A stretch of 64,000 nucleotides of DNA from a virus. Below the pieces are notes generated by a model. It was not told where the DNA came from, searched no databases, and saw only the letters and a list, made by a program, of their open reading frames with translations. Position 1 is the stretch's first letter. Every line of letters starts with the position of its first letter. Below, one piece after another: positions 18,922-27,751 of this stretch. A program made the translations under genes and the position numbers. The stretch spans positions 1 to 64,000 of IMG/VR virus record IMGVR_UViG_3300045970_000794; one strand, 5' to 3'.

Positions 18922-20046
18922 TTAATTACTATTGACTTGTATCACATCATAAGCTTCTAACAATGTAGGAACTTCTAATTTATTAATCATATTTTCAATA
19001 GCGGCCTCTGGTATCTTACTATCCCTATTGTGATTTTGCTCAAGTAATTTACGGTATGGAGCCTCAATATAAACGATTGTAACTCTACCACCATATGAAG
19101 TGAATAAATCAATCAATTGACTTCTCATTTGTCTAGTGATATTCGTTGCATTCCAAACAAAACTATGTCCTTTACGCATGAATTCTTTAGCCCGTTCCTT
19201 TGCCAACTGAATCACCCTACCATTACCTTTGGTATCACCATACTTAACCCCAAGTTCTTTTCGAATATCATCTAAAGAAATTACATCAGTCTGAGCATAA
19301 TTAAGTATTGCATAATAATCTTTACCAGCACCAGCAATACCACATAACAACGTAACATCAAATTTGGATTCATCAAATGGTTTAAAATCTGGATACGCTT
19401 CTTCATGTGTTAAATAATACAGTCTACCCATATTAGATTTAAATGGATATGGTTGACCAAAACAATTATTTTCAATACATAAATCCTTGAATAATTCAAT
19501 ATCATCTAACTGAGCTTGTGCATCATCACAAATACGACCAATAACATCAGCTTTAGCCAATAAATAAAGTAATTTTGTGTTAACCTTTAATGATGCTTCA
19601 ATCACGTATCGATTAATATCTTTAGCATCACTCCACCATATCGGTAAAGAGTGCCTTCTTACTAAATTGCATATCTCTTCCCTCATATCATAATCAAAAC
19701 ACATATCTCGATACAAAATACTTCTAGCTGTTTTTTCACCTTTATTGCAATGTCCGTGGCTTCTAATTCGCCCATCTTCATAAGTTGTCGTTGAACGCTT
19801 TTCAACGTCATGTAAGACCGCTGAAGCTATCAGAATGCGTTTCTCTATCAGAGTTAATTTGGTAAGCTCAGGGAGCTTTAAAATGGCTTCTACGACCATC
19901 TTGGTATGAATGTAAACATTACCCTCAGCATGCCAAGTTTTATCTTGCTCGACATTTTTCATATCTTGAACCCAATCGAATTTATCAATCTCAGTCCAGT
20001 CAACCGTATTGGTTGAATCATCGTAAAATGGGAATCTATTTGTCAT
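18922..20046 (-). CDS. HD phosphohydrolase fused to a P-loop (polynucleotide-kinase-like) domain
   Basis: HD motif VLHDVEK in the N-half and Walker A CGIAGAGKDYY in the C-half. Confidence 0.7.
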   Translation of the reverse strand: MTNRFPFYDDSTNTVDWTEIDKFDWVQDMKNVEQDKTWHAEGNVYIHTKMVVEAILKLPELTKLTLIEKRILIASAVLHDVEKRSTTTYEDGRIRSHGHCNKGEKTARSILYRDMCFDYDMREEICNLVRRHSLPIWWSDAKDINRYVIEASLKVNTKLLYLLAKADVIGRICDDAQAQLDDIELFKDLCIENNCFGQPYPFKSNMGRLYYLTHEEAYPDFKPFDESKFDVTLLCGIAGAGKDYYAILNYAQTDVISLDDIRKELGVKYGDTKGNGRVIQLAKERAKEFMRKGHSFVWNATNITRQMRSQLIDLFTSYGGRVTIVYIEAPYRKLLEQNHNRDSKIPEAAIENMINKLEVPTLLEAYDVIQVNSN

Positions 20047-20353
20047 GTTTTTTATATCTAATATTAAAAAATGGTTGCCATAACCAATTATTCATTGATG
20101 ACAACATTAAATGTGATAATTCAGCGGGCCATACGTCAACTTCTTTTCCTTCAGACATACACTTCCAACCACCAAAATGATTTCTTTTAGCATCGACTGG
20201 AATTAACATACAAGCTTTTTGCCACTCAGAAAATGGAACTGCAACATCATAATCCCTAGGATTTGTAACCTCTGGGTCTGCTGCTGAACCAACAATCCAA
20301 CCACCATGTGCTGCTGTTAAATCCAATACTAATTTAGGTAATAAACTACTCAT
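20036..20353 (-). CDS. minimal Pol-beta-type nucleotidyltransferase
   Basis: GGWIVGSAA...DYDVAV. Confidence 0.55.
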   Translation of the reverse strand: MSSLLPKLVLDLTAAHGGWIVGSAADPEVTNPRDYDVAVPFSEWQKACMLIPVDAKRNHFGGWKCMSEGKEVDVWPAELSHLMLSSMNNWLWQPFFNIRYKKHDK

Positions 20354-21044
20354 CGTCTTCGTCTTTATATCTTTCTTTAAACTCGTCCCAGTTTTTATTT
20401 TCTTCCTCAGTCAACTCAAACCCAAGTTCTAATACCTTAGCTTTTAATTCATCAACCCCACCACAATCTTCATGATACTTTATGATAGTCCATGGGGCCA
20501 TATCAAATAAAAATTTACCGAAACGCTCACGTTTAGCTAGTTTTTTAAGATGTTTAATGTCTTTAATTTCAATTAATTTTTCACCAGTTTTATCCCAAAA
20601 TTTATAAGCTGTAACTTTTTTAGCATTCCATAAATCAGTAAACTGGTCAACTTCGTCACTAAAATAAGAACGGTCTTTTTCTTTAGCAAATGCTTCTAAC
20701 GCAATTAAATTATCCGTGGAACCTAAGTCACAGTAACCTTGCAAATGTATAACATGATTGGTCATATAATCAAAAATAACAATTCCATAACCATCTGGTG
20801 CTAAAGTACCATTATTTGGTGCATAACAATCAGTCATATTATGTTCAAAATTACCAGTATCCTTGTTTTTTTCCCAATCAGCTTTCATTTCATAATAAGG
20901 TTTAAGATATTTTTCAAGATATTCTTCATCTTGTTCAATAAACTTTATATTACTCACAAATGCTGGTAAACTATTTGTCCATCTACAACTTTTAATTATT
21001 TCACCGTTCTTTTTTCTAACGATTACTGTTATTGAACCACCCAT
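20346..21044 (-). CDS. hypothetical protein (232 aa)
   Basis: ORF track; overlapping chain. Confidence 0.6.
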   Translation of the reverse strand: MGGSITVIVRKKNGEIIKSCRWTNSLPAFVSNIKFIEQDEEYLEKYLKPYYEMKADWEKNKDTGNFEHNMTDCYAPNNGTLAPDGYGIVIFDYMTNHVIHLQGYCDLGSTDNLIALEAFAKEKDRSYFSDEVDQFTDLWNAKKVTAYKFWDKTGEKLIEIKDIKHLKKLAKRERFGKFLFDMAPWTIIKYHEDCGGVDELKAKVLELGFELTEEENKNWDEFKERYKDEDDE

Positions 21045-21050
21045 ATTAAT

Positions 21051-21362
21051 TTATTTTAAGTTTTTACTACATTCAATTGCTAATTCCTTTGATGACCCTA
21101 TTATTTCATATAAATCATCTGGATGATAACCTAATTCAGTTATACCTATTTCATGATATAATTCAGCTTTTTCATGACATTCACTACAAAGACTAATACC
21201 ATTCTCTTTAACGTACCCACCATTTGGGATGAAATGTCTGTCAGTAATGTGATGCGCATCAATTGCTGGTTCATTACATTTTCGACATTTATCATTATCC
21301 CGAGTAAATACTTCTTTCCTAAAGTTCGCTCGAATTTCCTTTTTCTTGTTCATTTTTTTCAT
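21051..21362 (-). CDS. HNH endonuclease
   Basis: CRKCNEPAIDAHHI...ENGISLCSECHEKAE. Confidence 0.75.
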   Translation of the reverse strand: MKKMNKKKEIRANFRKEVFTRDNDKCRKCNEPAIDAHHITDRHFIPNGGYVKENGISLCSECHEKAELYHEIGITELGYHPDDLYEIIGSSKELAIECSKNLK

Positions 21363-22053
21363 GCATTAGTGGAGCCCGTTTCCACGCTCTAGTCCAGTGC
21401 TCATCTGTTTTGACATGATTAGCACGAACGTACTTGAATACATTGTTTTTAAATTGGTCCACCGAATATTCATTGATATTTCTACTTACGATACCTTCAC
21501 GAGTACAATCTAAACCACTATTTGAATCGATTGAACCAAATACACTTGGTTTGCTTATGATTTGATGTACAATTCTTTTATACTCTTCTTCACATGAAAT
21601 TGATTTCATATCAATAGTGTCTAATAATGGAACCACTGGAAATTCAAAAAAATCAGCATACCAACACACTTCTTCCCAACTTAACCATGTATCTAAAGAC
21701 CTAACACCAAACATAAAAAAATGTGATGGTAAATTAGGGTATAATATCGAATGTACGGCATATAAATTTTCACCAAATAACTCAATATCATTACGTCTTA
21801 AATCCTCTTGTATCATTGAAAACTTTGGTTTAAGATGGTCGGCCCATGGATGTAATGTAGGTGCCGCATGTGACCTAGCAAATATACCGATGCCATTCAT
21901 ACACGTATTTTCACCATCCAATTTCTCAGTGTGTATTACCGTTTCAATCTTCCGCAAATCATCCCAATATTGATGATTAATGCGGTCATCCGAAGTAGTA
22001 CCTGGTGAGAACGGATAATGATATGTTCTTCCGTATTTTTTGCTAATGCTCAT
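21319..22053 (-). CDS. RNA ligase (adenylyltransferase superfamily)
   Basis: Motif I HTEKLDGEN; start trimmed to MSISKKYG. A TATCTTTG promoter box lies at 22076-22069. Confidence 0.65.
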   Translation of the reverse strand: MSISKKYGRTYHYPFSPGTTSDDRINHQYWDDLRKIETVIHTEKLDGENTCMNGIGIFARSHAAPTLHPWADHLKPKFSMIQEDLRRNDIELFGENLYAVHSILYPNLPSHFFMFGVRSLDTWLSWEEVCWYADFFEFPVVPLLDTIDMKSISCEEEYKRIVHQIISKPSVFGSIDSNSGLDCTREGIVSRNINEYSVDQFKNNVFKYVRANHVKTDEHWTRAWKRAPLMHEKNEQEKGNSSEL

Positions 22054-22092
22054 AATTATATTTTTTTGCAAAGATATAAAAAATAAATTAGA

Positions 22093-22605
22093 TTACCAAA
22101 GAAAATTATAATTATTTTTTTCTAAAGCTACATATTGTTTAACATATAATATCCCAGCATCCCTACAAGCTTCAGCATGGGTATCAGCATTTTTATTAGA
22201 ATTATCGATTTTGTTTATTTCACCGACTAAAATATCAAAAACTTTACTAACATCTATTTCATGGGAACTAACCTTATTATCTTCATTTAAATAAATCAAC
22301 TTATAGATATACCCAATTAATGGGAAAAACATTATACTAACATTTATAACATATTTATTTTTTTGAATCTTAATTGAATTGATATAAACTAAAAATTCAT
22401 ATGCAGCCTCCAAAAAATCACCTAATTTTCGCTTATGGTTTAAATCATCAATATAATCTAAAAAACCAGTATCTAACCAATACTTATATTTTTCCTCATT
22501 GGTTTTAAGATTTTTAAATAAGCGATGAGTCATTAATTCACTAAAATAGGATGAATCACTATTTTCATTCAAATCTGGCTCTTGAAATAATTTATTTTCC
22601 ATCAT
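22093..22605 (-). CDS. hypothetical protein, paralog of 22592..23146
   Basis: Both start MENK(L/V)FQ.P and share the same layout. Confidence 0.55.
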   Translation of the reverse strand: MMENKLFQEPDLNENSDSSYFSELMTHRLFKNLKTNEEKYKYWLDTGFLDYIDDLNHKRKLGDFLEAAYEFLVYINSIKIQKNKYVINVSIMFFPLIGYIYKLIYLNEDNKVSSHEIDVSKVFDILVGEINKIDNSNKNADTHAEACRDAGILYVKQYVALEKNNYNFLW

Positions 22606-23146
22606 GAAATATATCTAATATATACCTATCACATACCATAATACAGGTTTCAGCCTCAATATCTACTCCAGCATGTAGGTAGTCATTCACTTTAATTTTA
22701 TCAAAACTACTAAATGCGTCATCAATCATTTGAACTAATTTAGATATATTAATCATATGTTTACATTTTTTAAGATTTGATGCAGCTTCTAAATTAATAA
22801 TTTCATAATCAGTATATGGGTAAACATCTGGTTTCGAATATATTGCACTATACAGTCTACGAATAATTGAGAATAAATATATATCAATTTGTGATATTTC
22901 ATCAGAAACTATTATTTCAACAACTCTCATTTTTTCTCTAAAAATAAGATAATGCGCACCATATTCTAGTAATTTAGCCAACTCTACTTTATTAGTATAT
23001 TCTAAATCATCTAAAAGCCCAGAAGGAACCCATTTATTAATCACATCATTCTCATTAAATGATTCTATCACATTTAAATATTCAAATGTTGGTGATATAT
23101 ATGGATTATCAATAATATTGGGAGTTTGAAACACTTTATTTTCCAT
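22592..23146 (-). CDS. hypothetical protein, paralog of 22093..22605
   Basis: See the neighbouring paralog. Confidence 0.55.
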   Translation of the reverse strand: MENKVFQTPNIIDNPYISPTFEYLNVIESFNENDVINKWVPSGLLDDLEYTNKVELAKLLEYGAHYLIFREKMRVVEIIVSDEISQIDIYLFSIIRRLYSAIYSKPDVYPYTDYEIINLEAASNLKKCKHMINISKLVQMIDDAFSSFDKIKVNDYLHAGVDIEAETCIMVCDRYILDIFHDGK

Positions 23147-23147
23147 A

Positions 23148-24254
23148 TTAATGTTGTAATAAAAGTACCGACTTTACATCTTTTCTCATCGCCGCTTCAT
23201 CACCAGCACCTTTTGGTACTATAACATGCCATTTTGCTATTTTACCTTCACCAGTTTTTCTTAATTGATAATAAGTTATGATGTTATTTATATTAATCGT
23301 TGGGTCTTGTTGTTTAATATCTGGGTCATTAACGATAAGTGTCTTAATCTTTTCCAAATCATCAATCATATTAGGTTTCAAACCTTTAAATAATGTTTTA
23401 GGTATAACCACCGATATTTTTTGCTTACTTAAATCAACTTGTGATATTTGGTTTGGATTTGCACCCAATGAGAATGTTGTTGGCATATCAAATTTATTGC
23501 CTTTTGCAACGTTAGCCATTTTAGTATATGCGTATGAACTAACGTTATATCCTTTGTTTTGTAGGTTTTTAATAGTTCTTTCAGCAATTTCAACATATTT
23601 TTTAGTGAAGAAATCACCAGAATCATTCCATCTTAATATTATTTTATTGACACTACCCTTAACCGCTTTCTTTTCTTTAGCCAATAACGCTAATTCATTA
23701 TATAATTTTTTCTCATATTCGTCTGGGAAATTTAATAAATAATTCAATCTTCTAGTTAATGAATCATATGTATTGCTATACATAATATAATATCCATGAA
23801 GACCATAGCACATTGACATGCATGAACCAGCACCTAGGCATGTGTTTACATAATAAAATTTAGCTTCATCAATATCATAAACTAAACCTTTAATTGCGGG
23901 AATACCAGTATTATATACGAATTCATTTGATTCACCAGAGGCTTCCATTTTATCATTTTGACTTATGATACTTTTAGGTGGGGTTGTTATTTCTTTAATA
24001 AAATAATCAATACCAGCTAAAGTAAATTCAGCGTCTCGCTTAATTAATTTAGTACTAGCATGTAAAAATGGAGTATCTTTACCGAATTTTTTTCGGTCTG
24101 GGTAATCTAATTTAGAATTTTTTTGTAAATCATTTAAGTATTGAACCACATCTTCAACTGGTACACACTTTTTTTGGACATCGGAAAATGCATTTTTCCA
24201 ATCTATTTCATTGATATAATTAGTTAAGGATTCTCTCAATAATTTTTGTATCAT
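23148..24254 (-). CDS. hypothetical protein with a Cys cluster
   Basis: NTCLGAGSCMSMCYG...RWNDSGDFF; family not assigned. Confidence 0.55.
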   Translation of the reverse strand: MIQKLLRESLTNYINEIDWKNAFSDVQKKCVPVEDVVQYLNDLQKNSKLDYPDRKKFGKDTPFLHASTKLIKRDAEFTLAGIDYFIKEITTPPKSIISQNDKMEASGESNEFVYNTGIPAIKGLVYDIDEAKFYYVNTCLGAGSCMSMCYGLHGYYIMYSNTYDSLTRRLNYLLNFPDEYEKKLYNELALLAKEKKAVKGSVNKIILRWNDSGDFFTKKYVEIAERTIKNLQNKGYNVSSYAYTKMANVAKGNKFDMPTTFSLGANPNQISQVDLSKQKISVVIPKTLFKGLKPNMIDDLEKIKTLIVNDPDIKQQDPTININNIITYYQLRKTGEGKIAKWHVIVPKGAGDEAAMRKDVKSVLLLQH

Positions 24255-24310
24255 AATAATATTTTATTATAAATATACTACAAATTATTAAAAATGTCAA
24301 TGAATATTTG

Positions 24311-24382
24311 AGTTCCCAATCAGATTTGAACTGATGACACTAGCATACAACACTAGAATTTTACCTACTAAACTATGAGAAC
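24311..24382 (-). tRNA. tRNA-Thr(UGU)
   Basis: Acceptor GTTCTCA/TGGGAAC; anticodon stem CTAGT/GCTAG with loop GTTGTAT; T arm ATCAG-TTCAAAT-CTGAT. Confidence 0.65.
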
Positions 24383-24404
24383 AATTACATATTAGGAATT
24401 TTTG

Positions 24405-24475
24405 AGCAGTGTAACAGAATTGAACTGTCGTCTCGACCTTGGCAAGGTCATGTAATACCACTATACGAACACTGC
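24405..24475 (-). tRNA. tRNA-Gly(GCC)
   Basis: Acceptor GCAGTGT/ACACTGC; anticodon arm TGACC-TTGCCAA-GGTCG; T arm GACAG-TTCAATT-CTGTT. Confidence 0.8.
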
Positions 24476-24559
24476 AAAAACGTTAGGTTACGTTATATTT
24501 CTATAAGAGGCTTGACCTAACCAAATTATTTTTAATTACCATTTAAGATATTTAAGGCA

Positions 24560-25267
24560 TTAATAACTTTTACCTTCATTATAACGCTCACGCCTTTTAT
24601 GTCTACCATTACCTGTATTTAAAGATTTATATGTTGACGTTAATGAATGACAGTTTGGACATAGAAGTTTTAAATTAGATAATGAATTATTATTAGAATT
24701 TCCATCAATATGCTCTAATTCAATCGGTATTTTTCCACTATGTTGATTTATTTTACACCATCCACACACCATACATTTATTACCATGTTTATTAATTAAA
24801 TATTTTTTATATTGTCTAAAATCTAATGTAATATCACCATTTTCTATTAATTTAAACTTTTGCTTTTGATTATACTCATTAAGACATTTTGAATTACAAA
24901 ATTTATGAGTTGTAATATTATCACAATTAATACATTTTTTTACCTTCCTTAAATGATATTCATGTCTTTTACGTTTATTAATTTTATCATTTTTACTAAT
25001 ATTTTTTTTAGTACGTAATTTATTATTAAATGTTGCACTACAAGAATTAGAACAAAACACCTTACCAAATTTAAATATTTCGCAACCACAATTAATACAC
25101 ATTCTTAATTTTTTATCATTATATTTACTATAAGTTTCACCGATACGACCCATCTTTACCCTAATAGAATTTTCACTTCTACCAATTATTTTACTAACCT
25201 CGAAATATGTTTTACCTAGTTGAAGTAAATTAATAATTTCATTAATACATTCATTTGTCCATTTCAT
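24560..25267 (-). CDS. HNH homing endonuclease with an N-terminal HTH
   Basis: ELEHIDGNSNNNSLSNLKLLCPNCHS; start trimmed to MKWTNE because the upstream part of the ORF runs into a tRNA. Confidence 0.75.
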   Translation of the reverse strand: MKWTNECINEIINLLQLGKTYFEVSKIIGRSENSIRVKMGRIGETYSKYNDKKLRMCINCGCEIFKFGKVFCSNSCSATFNNKLRTKKNISKNDKINKRKRHEYHLRKVKKCINCDNITTHKFCNSKCLNEYNQKQKFKLIENGDITLDFRQYKKYLINKHGNKCMVCGWCKINQHSGKIPIELEHIDGNSNNNSLSNLKLLCPNCHSLTSTYKSLNTGNGRHKRRERYNEGKSY

Positions 25268-25334
25268 AATATTATATTTAATTATAAATATAATCAAATG
25301 AGCCAAAAAGTCAAGTCGAATGTAAATAAATTTG

Positions 25335-25407
25335 AGCCCCATGACGGAATCGAACCATCTTCCCAACATTACAAGAGTTGACATCATCCATTAAATGTTT
25401 ATGAAGC
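25335..25407 (-). tRNA. tRNA-Thr(UGU), second copy
   Basis: Acceptor GCTTCAT/ATGGGGC; anticodon arm CAACT-CTTGTAA-TGTTG (one U-U pair); T arm GATGG-TTCGATT-CCGTC. Confidence 0.6.
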
Positions 25408-25452
25408 ATCTACAATTTTTTTACACACGTCTTGGATTGTGAACCAAACTTG

Positions 25453-25540
25453 AGCGGTAGGTGGGATTTCAACCCACGGCGTGACATTATCTGACCAGTT
25501 TGGAAGACTGGTGCCATCGAGCAGACTAGGCGACTACCGC
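25453..25540 (-). tRNA. tRNA-Gly(UCC) with an atypical 17-nt variable region
   Basis: Acceptor GCGGTAG/CTACCGC, U73, anticodon arm CCAGT-CTTCCAA-ACTGG, then TCAGATAATGTCACGCC before T arm GTGGG-TTGAAAT-CCCAC. Confidence 0.55.
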
Positions 25541-25541
25541 A

Positions 25542-25587
25542 TGGTGCCGAGGGGTGCTCCCACCATGAGTTCCCTTTCAACTCGGCA
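25542..25587 (-). ncRNA. 46-nt acceptor-stem minihelix with encoded CCA
   Basis: TGCCGAG...GGTG-GGAG-CACC...CTCGGCA-CCA. It has a 7-bp terminal stem and no D or anticodon arms. Confidence 0.3.
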
Positions 25588-25593
25588 TTTTAA

Positions 25594-25872
25594 AAATAAG
25601 ATGAGCTTAGCCGCAATCCTGTTCTATGCTAACATTTATCTATGACCCTTACGAACCATCCTCAATTAAGAGGTGCCTCTACCCGTTCATCATCGACATC
25701 AACGTACCCTATCTAGAACTGTATGAGTTGCATACCGTGTTGCTTCGGTAATAACGATTAGCAGCGACTACTGCATTTAGCAGTTTGTCCTGTTTTATCT
25801 CCCGAATCGTTGAGATATGTTGCGAACTTCCTCAAGTCGTTTCCGACCAGCGTTAGCTTCTCTTTCTTATTT
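25594..25872 (-). ncRNA. rnpB: RNase P RNA-like (bacterial type-A-like, reduced, ~279 nt)
   Basis: P1: 25872-25860 with 25605-25594. P2: GCUAAC (25857-25852) with GUUAGC (25633-25628). P3: GUCG-GAAA-CGAC. CR-I-like GAGGAAGUUCGC (25833-25819) pairs with GCGGCUAAG (25614-25605) leaving a bulged U. Also AACAGGACAAACUGC, GGGUAGAGGCACC and AUAGAAC. Confidence 0.5.
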
Positions 25873-25874
25873 AG

Positions 25875-25958
25875 TACACTCGGAGGGACTCGAACCCACG
25901 TAACCCACTTTAAAAGAGTGGTGCCTCTCGCTTTCGCTACCAACTCGGCCACAAGTGC
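25875..25958 (-). tRNA. tRNA-Lys(UUU)-like with a 21-nt D-loop
   Basis: Acceptor GCACTTG/CGAGTGT (G1-U72); D stem GCC/GGC around GAGTTGGTAGCGAAAGCGAGA; anticodon arm CCACT-CTTTTAA-AGTGG. Confidence 0.45.
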
Positions 25959-26013
25959 AACTTAAATTCTATGATGCGGGTAGGTCGTATCATGTAATTC
26001 ATCATAAAATTTG

Positions 26014-26086
26014 TGGGTTATAAGGGGCTCGAACCCTTGACTCCCACCTTAAAAGGGTGGTACTCTACCAACTGAGTTAATAACCC
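26014..26086 (-). tRNA. tRNA-Lys(UUU)
   Basis: GGGTTAT-TA-ACTC-AGTTGGTA-GAGT-A-CCACC-CTTTTAA-GGTGG-GAGTC-AAGGG-TTCGAGC-CCCTT-ATAACCC-A. Confidence 0.85.
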
Positions 26087-26523
26087 ATTAAAAATTCTTT
26101 ATACCAACCTTGACTAATTGCAGTTCGTCTTCTATGACAATTTGCACATCTAACATCACATTTTTTAATTTCTTTTAATATATTCCCCCAAGAATAATCT
26201 CTAACCATTGTTGAAACATTATCAAGCTTATCAACACCATCCCTATGGTCAAATTCTAATACCATTGGGTCTGATTCGCCGCAATCAATACATGGGTGAG
26301 TTTTATAATATTCGAAAATTTTACGTCTATTATCAAGTGCCGTTTTTTTATTTCTACTTTTTATAATAATCTTATGACGTTCTGTATTTTCACTATAATA
26401 TTGTTTTGACCTAGTTTTACTACATTCCCTACAAATATTATTATAGCCATCTACCTTACTTTTATTTTTATTAAACTCATCAATTTCTTTACTTCCTTTA
26501 CACTTAGTACATATTTTTTCCAT
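26077..26523 (-). CDS. HNH homing endonuclease
   Basis: CIDCGESDP..LEFDHRDG...VRCANCHRRRT. Its last codons overlap the 5' end of tRNA-Lys. Confidence 0.8.
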   Translation of the reverse strand: MEKICTKCKGSKEIDEFNKNKSKVDGYNNICRECSKTRSKQYYSENTERHKIIIKSRNKKTALDNRRKIFEYYKTHPCIDCGESDPMVLEFDHRDGVDKLDNVSTMVRDYSWGNILKEIKKCDVRCANCHRRRTAISQGWYKEFLMGY

Positions 26524-26590
26524 AAAATTTAATATAAATGATTTAAAATAATTTACACTTCATTCATTGATTATAGTGCGAACTAATTTG

Positions 26591-26664
26591 TAACCCATAT
26601 GGGGTTTGAACCCATAATCTCCACCTTGAAAGGGTGACGACTTAACCAATTTGTCCAATGGGTC
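26591..26664 (-). tRNA. tRNA-Glu(UUC)
   Basis: Acceptor GACCCAT/ATGGGTT; anticodon arm TCACC-CTTTCAA-GGTGG; T arm ATGGG-TTCAAAC-CCCAT. Confidence 0.7.
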
Positions 26665-26724
26665 ATTCTCTAATTCTACGCTTCCGTATTGGTACGGTCT
26701 ATGAATTAGTAACAGTCTAGCTCG

Positions 26725-26803
26725 TGAGCGTAGATGGATTCGAACCACCATTCTTTCGACACTGGGTTACAGCCAGCTAGGCCACCAATTGCCCAATACG
26801 CCC
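26725..26803 (-). tRNA. tRNA-Tyr(GUA)
   Basis: Acceptor GGGCGTA/TACGCTC; anticodon arm GCTGG-CTGTAAC-CCAGT; 11-nt variable region GTCGAAAGAAT; T arm GGTGG-TTCGAAT-CCATC. Confidence 0.8.
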
Positions 26804-27018
26804 ATATTAATTAATTACGTTAATCACTCGGTGGATTTTTTTCATCGCAGACCACTTACAGCTTGTTGGTTCAAGGGCTGGTATTAACTTTTCAGCAAGT
26901 TACCACTCCGTGTACTTTAGATATCCGAAGAAACCCTCAAGTGATGTGGAGAAGACTCGAACTTCATGCAGTTCGGTTTTACAGACCGTCTGGCATGCCC
27001 TGTGCATCACCCCTTTTG

Positions 27019-27124
27019 AACTGAGTTGGAGAATCGAACTCCATCTATTTCATATACCCGTCTTATCGTTGATATATTCTCTTTCACCTGGGATTTGGTG
27101 TGCTTACCATTACACTAGCTCAGT
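27019..27124 (-). tRNA. tRNA-like, 106 nt, non-canonical (no clean anticodon arm)
   Basis: Acceptor ACTGAGC/ACTCAGT, D arm GTGT-AATGGTAA-GCAC and T arm TGGAG-TTCGATT-CTCCA enclose ~55 nt instead of ~22. Confidence 0.35.
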
Positions 27125-27130
27125 ATTTAG

Positions 27131-27201
27131 TTGTCTACAAGGGATTCGAACCCCTACTCTATGGACCAAAACCATATGTACTGCCATTATACTAGAAGAC
27201 A
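27131..27201 (-). tRNA. tRNA-Gln(UUG)
   Basis: U1-A72 acceptor TGTCTTC/GTAGACA (one mismatch); anticodon arm TATGG-TTTTGGT-CCATA. Confidence 0.6.
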
Positions 27202-27207
27202 TAATTG

Positions 27208-27280
27208 AAGCCTCTCTGAGATTCGAACTCAGGTTATTTGGCTCAAAACCAAATGTGATTGACCACTACACTAAGGGGCT
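27208..27280 (-). tRNA. tRNA-Gln(UUG)
   Basis: Acceptor AGCCCCT/AGAGGCT; anticodon arm TTTGG-TTTTGAG-CCAAA; T arm CTGAG-TTCGAAT-CTCAG. Confidence 0.65.
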
Positions 27281-27293
27281 AAAAAGTCAAGGG

Positions 27294-27363
27294 TTGCTTT
27301 ATCGGGACTTGAACCCAAACTAGAACTTTCAGAGAGTTCCGTGCTACACTACACTATAAAGCA
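27294..27363 (-). tRNA. tRNA-Gln(CUG)
   Basis: U1-A72 acceptor TGCTTTA/TAAAGCA; anticodon arm GAACT-CTCTGAA-AGTTC; T arm TTGGG-TTCAAGT-CCCGA. Confidence 0.75.
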
Positions 27364-27595
27364 ATAACTTGTCATCACGCCAGACTCGATACTGGAATTC
27401 TGCGGCCGCAGTGAGATGCTTTCTCCACGAGATGAAAAAGAACAGGTTAACTTTGTTTTCTTACCAAAAAAGAGTTTAAATTTGCTGAATGTAACCTTTA
27501 TCTTGTCGAATTATAAGGATTCGAACCTATTAACTTGGTTAATTACTCCAAGTACCGCCTACGTACAATTTCTTGCATGGTAGTTAACTCGTTTG

Positions 27596-27670
27596 TCGGA
27601 ATGGCGGGATTCGAACCCACGAACCGATACTTCCAAGGTACCGTTGTATAGCCATCTGCATAACATCCCG
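27596..27670 (-). tRNA. tRNA-Pro(UGG)-like, second copy with a weak D arm
   Basis: C1-G72 acceptor CGGGATG/CATTCCG; anticodon arm GGTAC-CTTGGAA-GTATC; T arm GTGGG-TTCGAAT-CCCGC. Confidence 0.55.
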
Positions 27671-27751
27671 TGATTTCCTATTAACTCTTCCTAACACCCT
27701 AAAGTGGGTGGGTTGACAGAACTTCGGATAGATTTTACTCTGTTCAGTTAG

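Noticed and set aside
25541-25875. Group I intron or tmRNA as the explanation for the 320-nt structured gap in the tRNA array.
   Set aside because: The flanking tRNAs are complete on their own. The helix order and conserved blocks fit RNase P RNA better, and no tag ORF was found.
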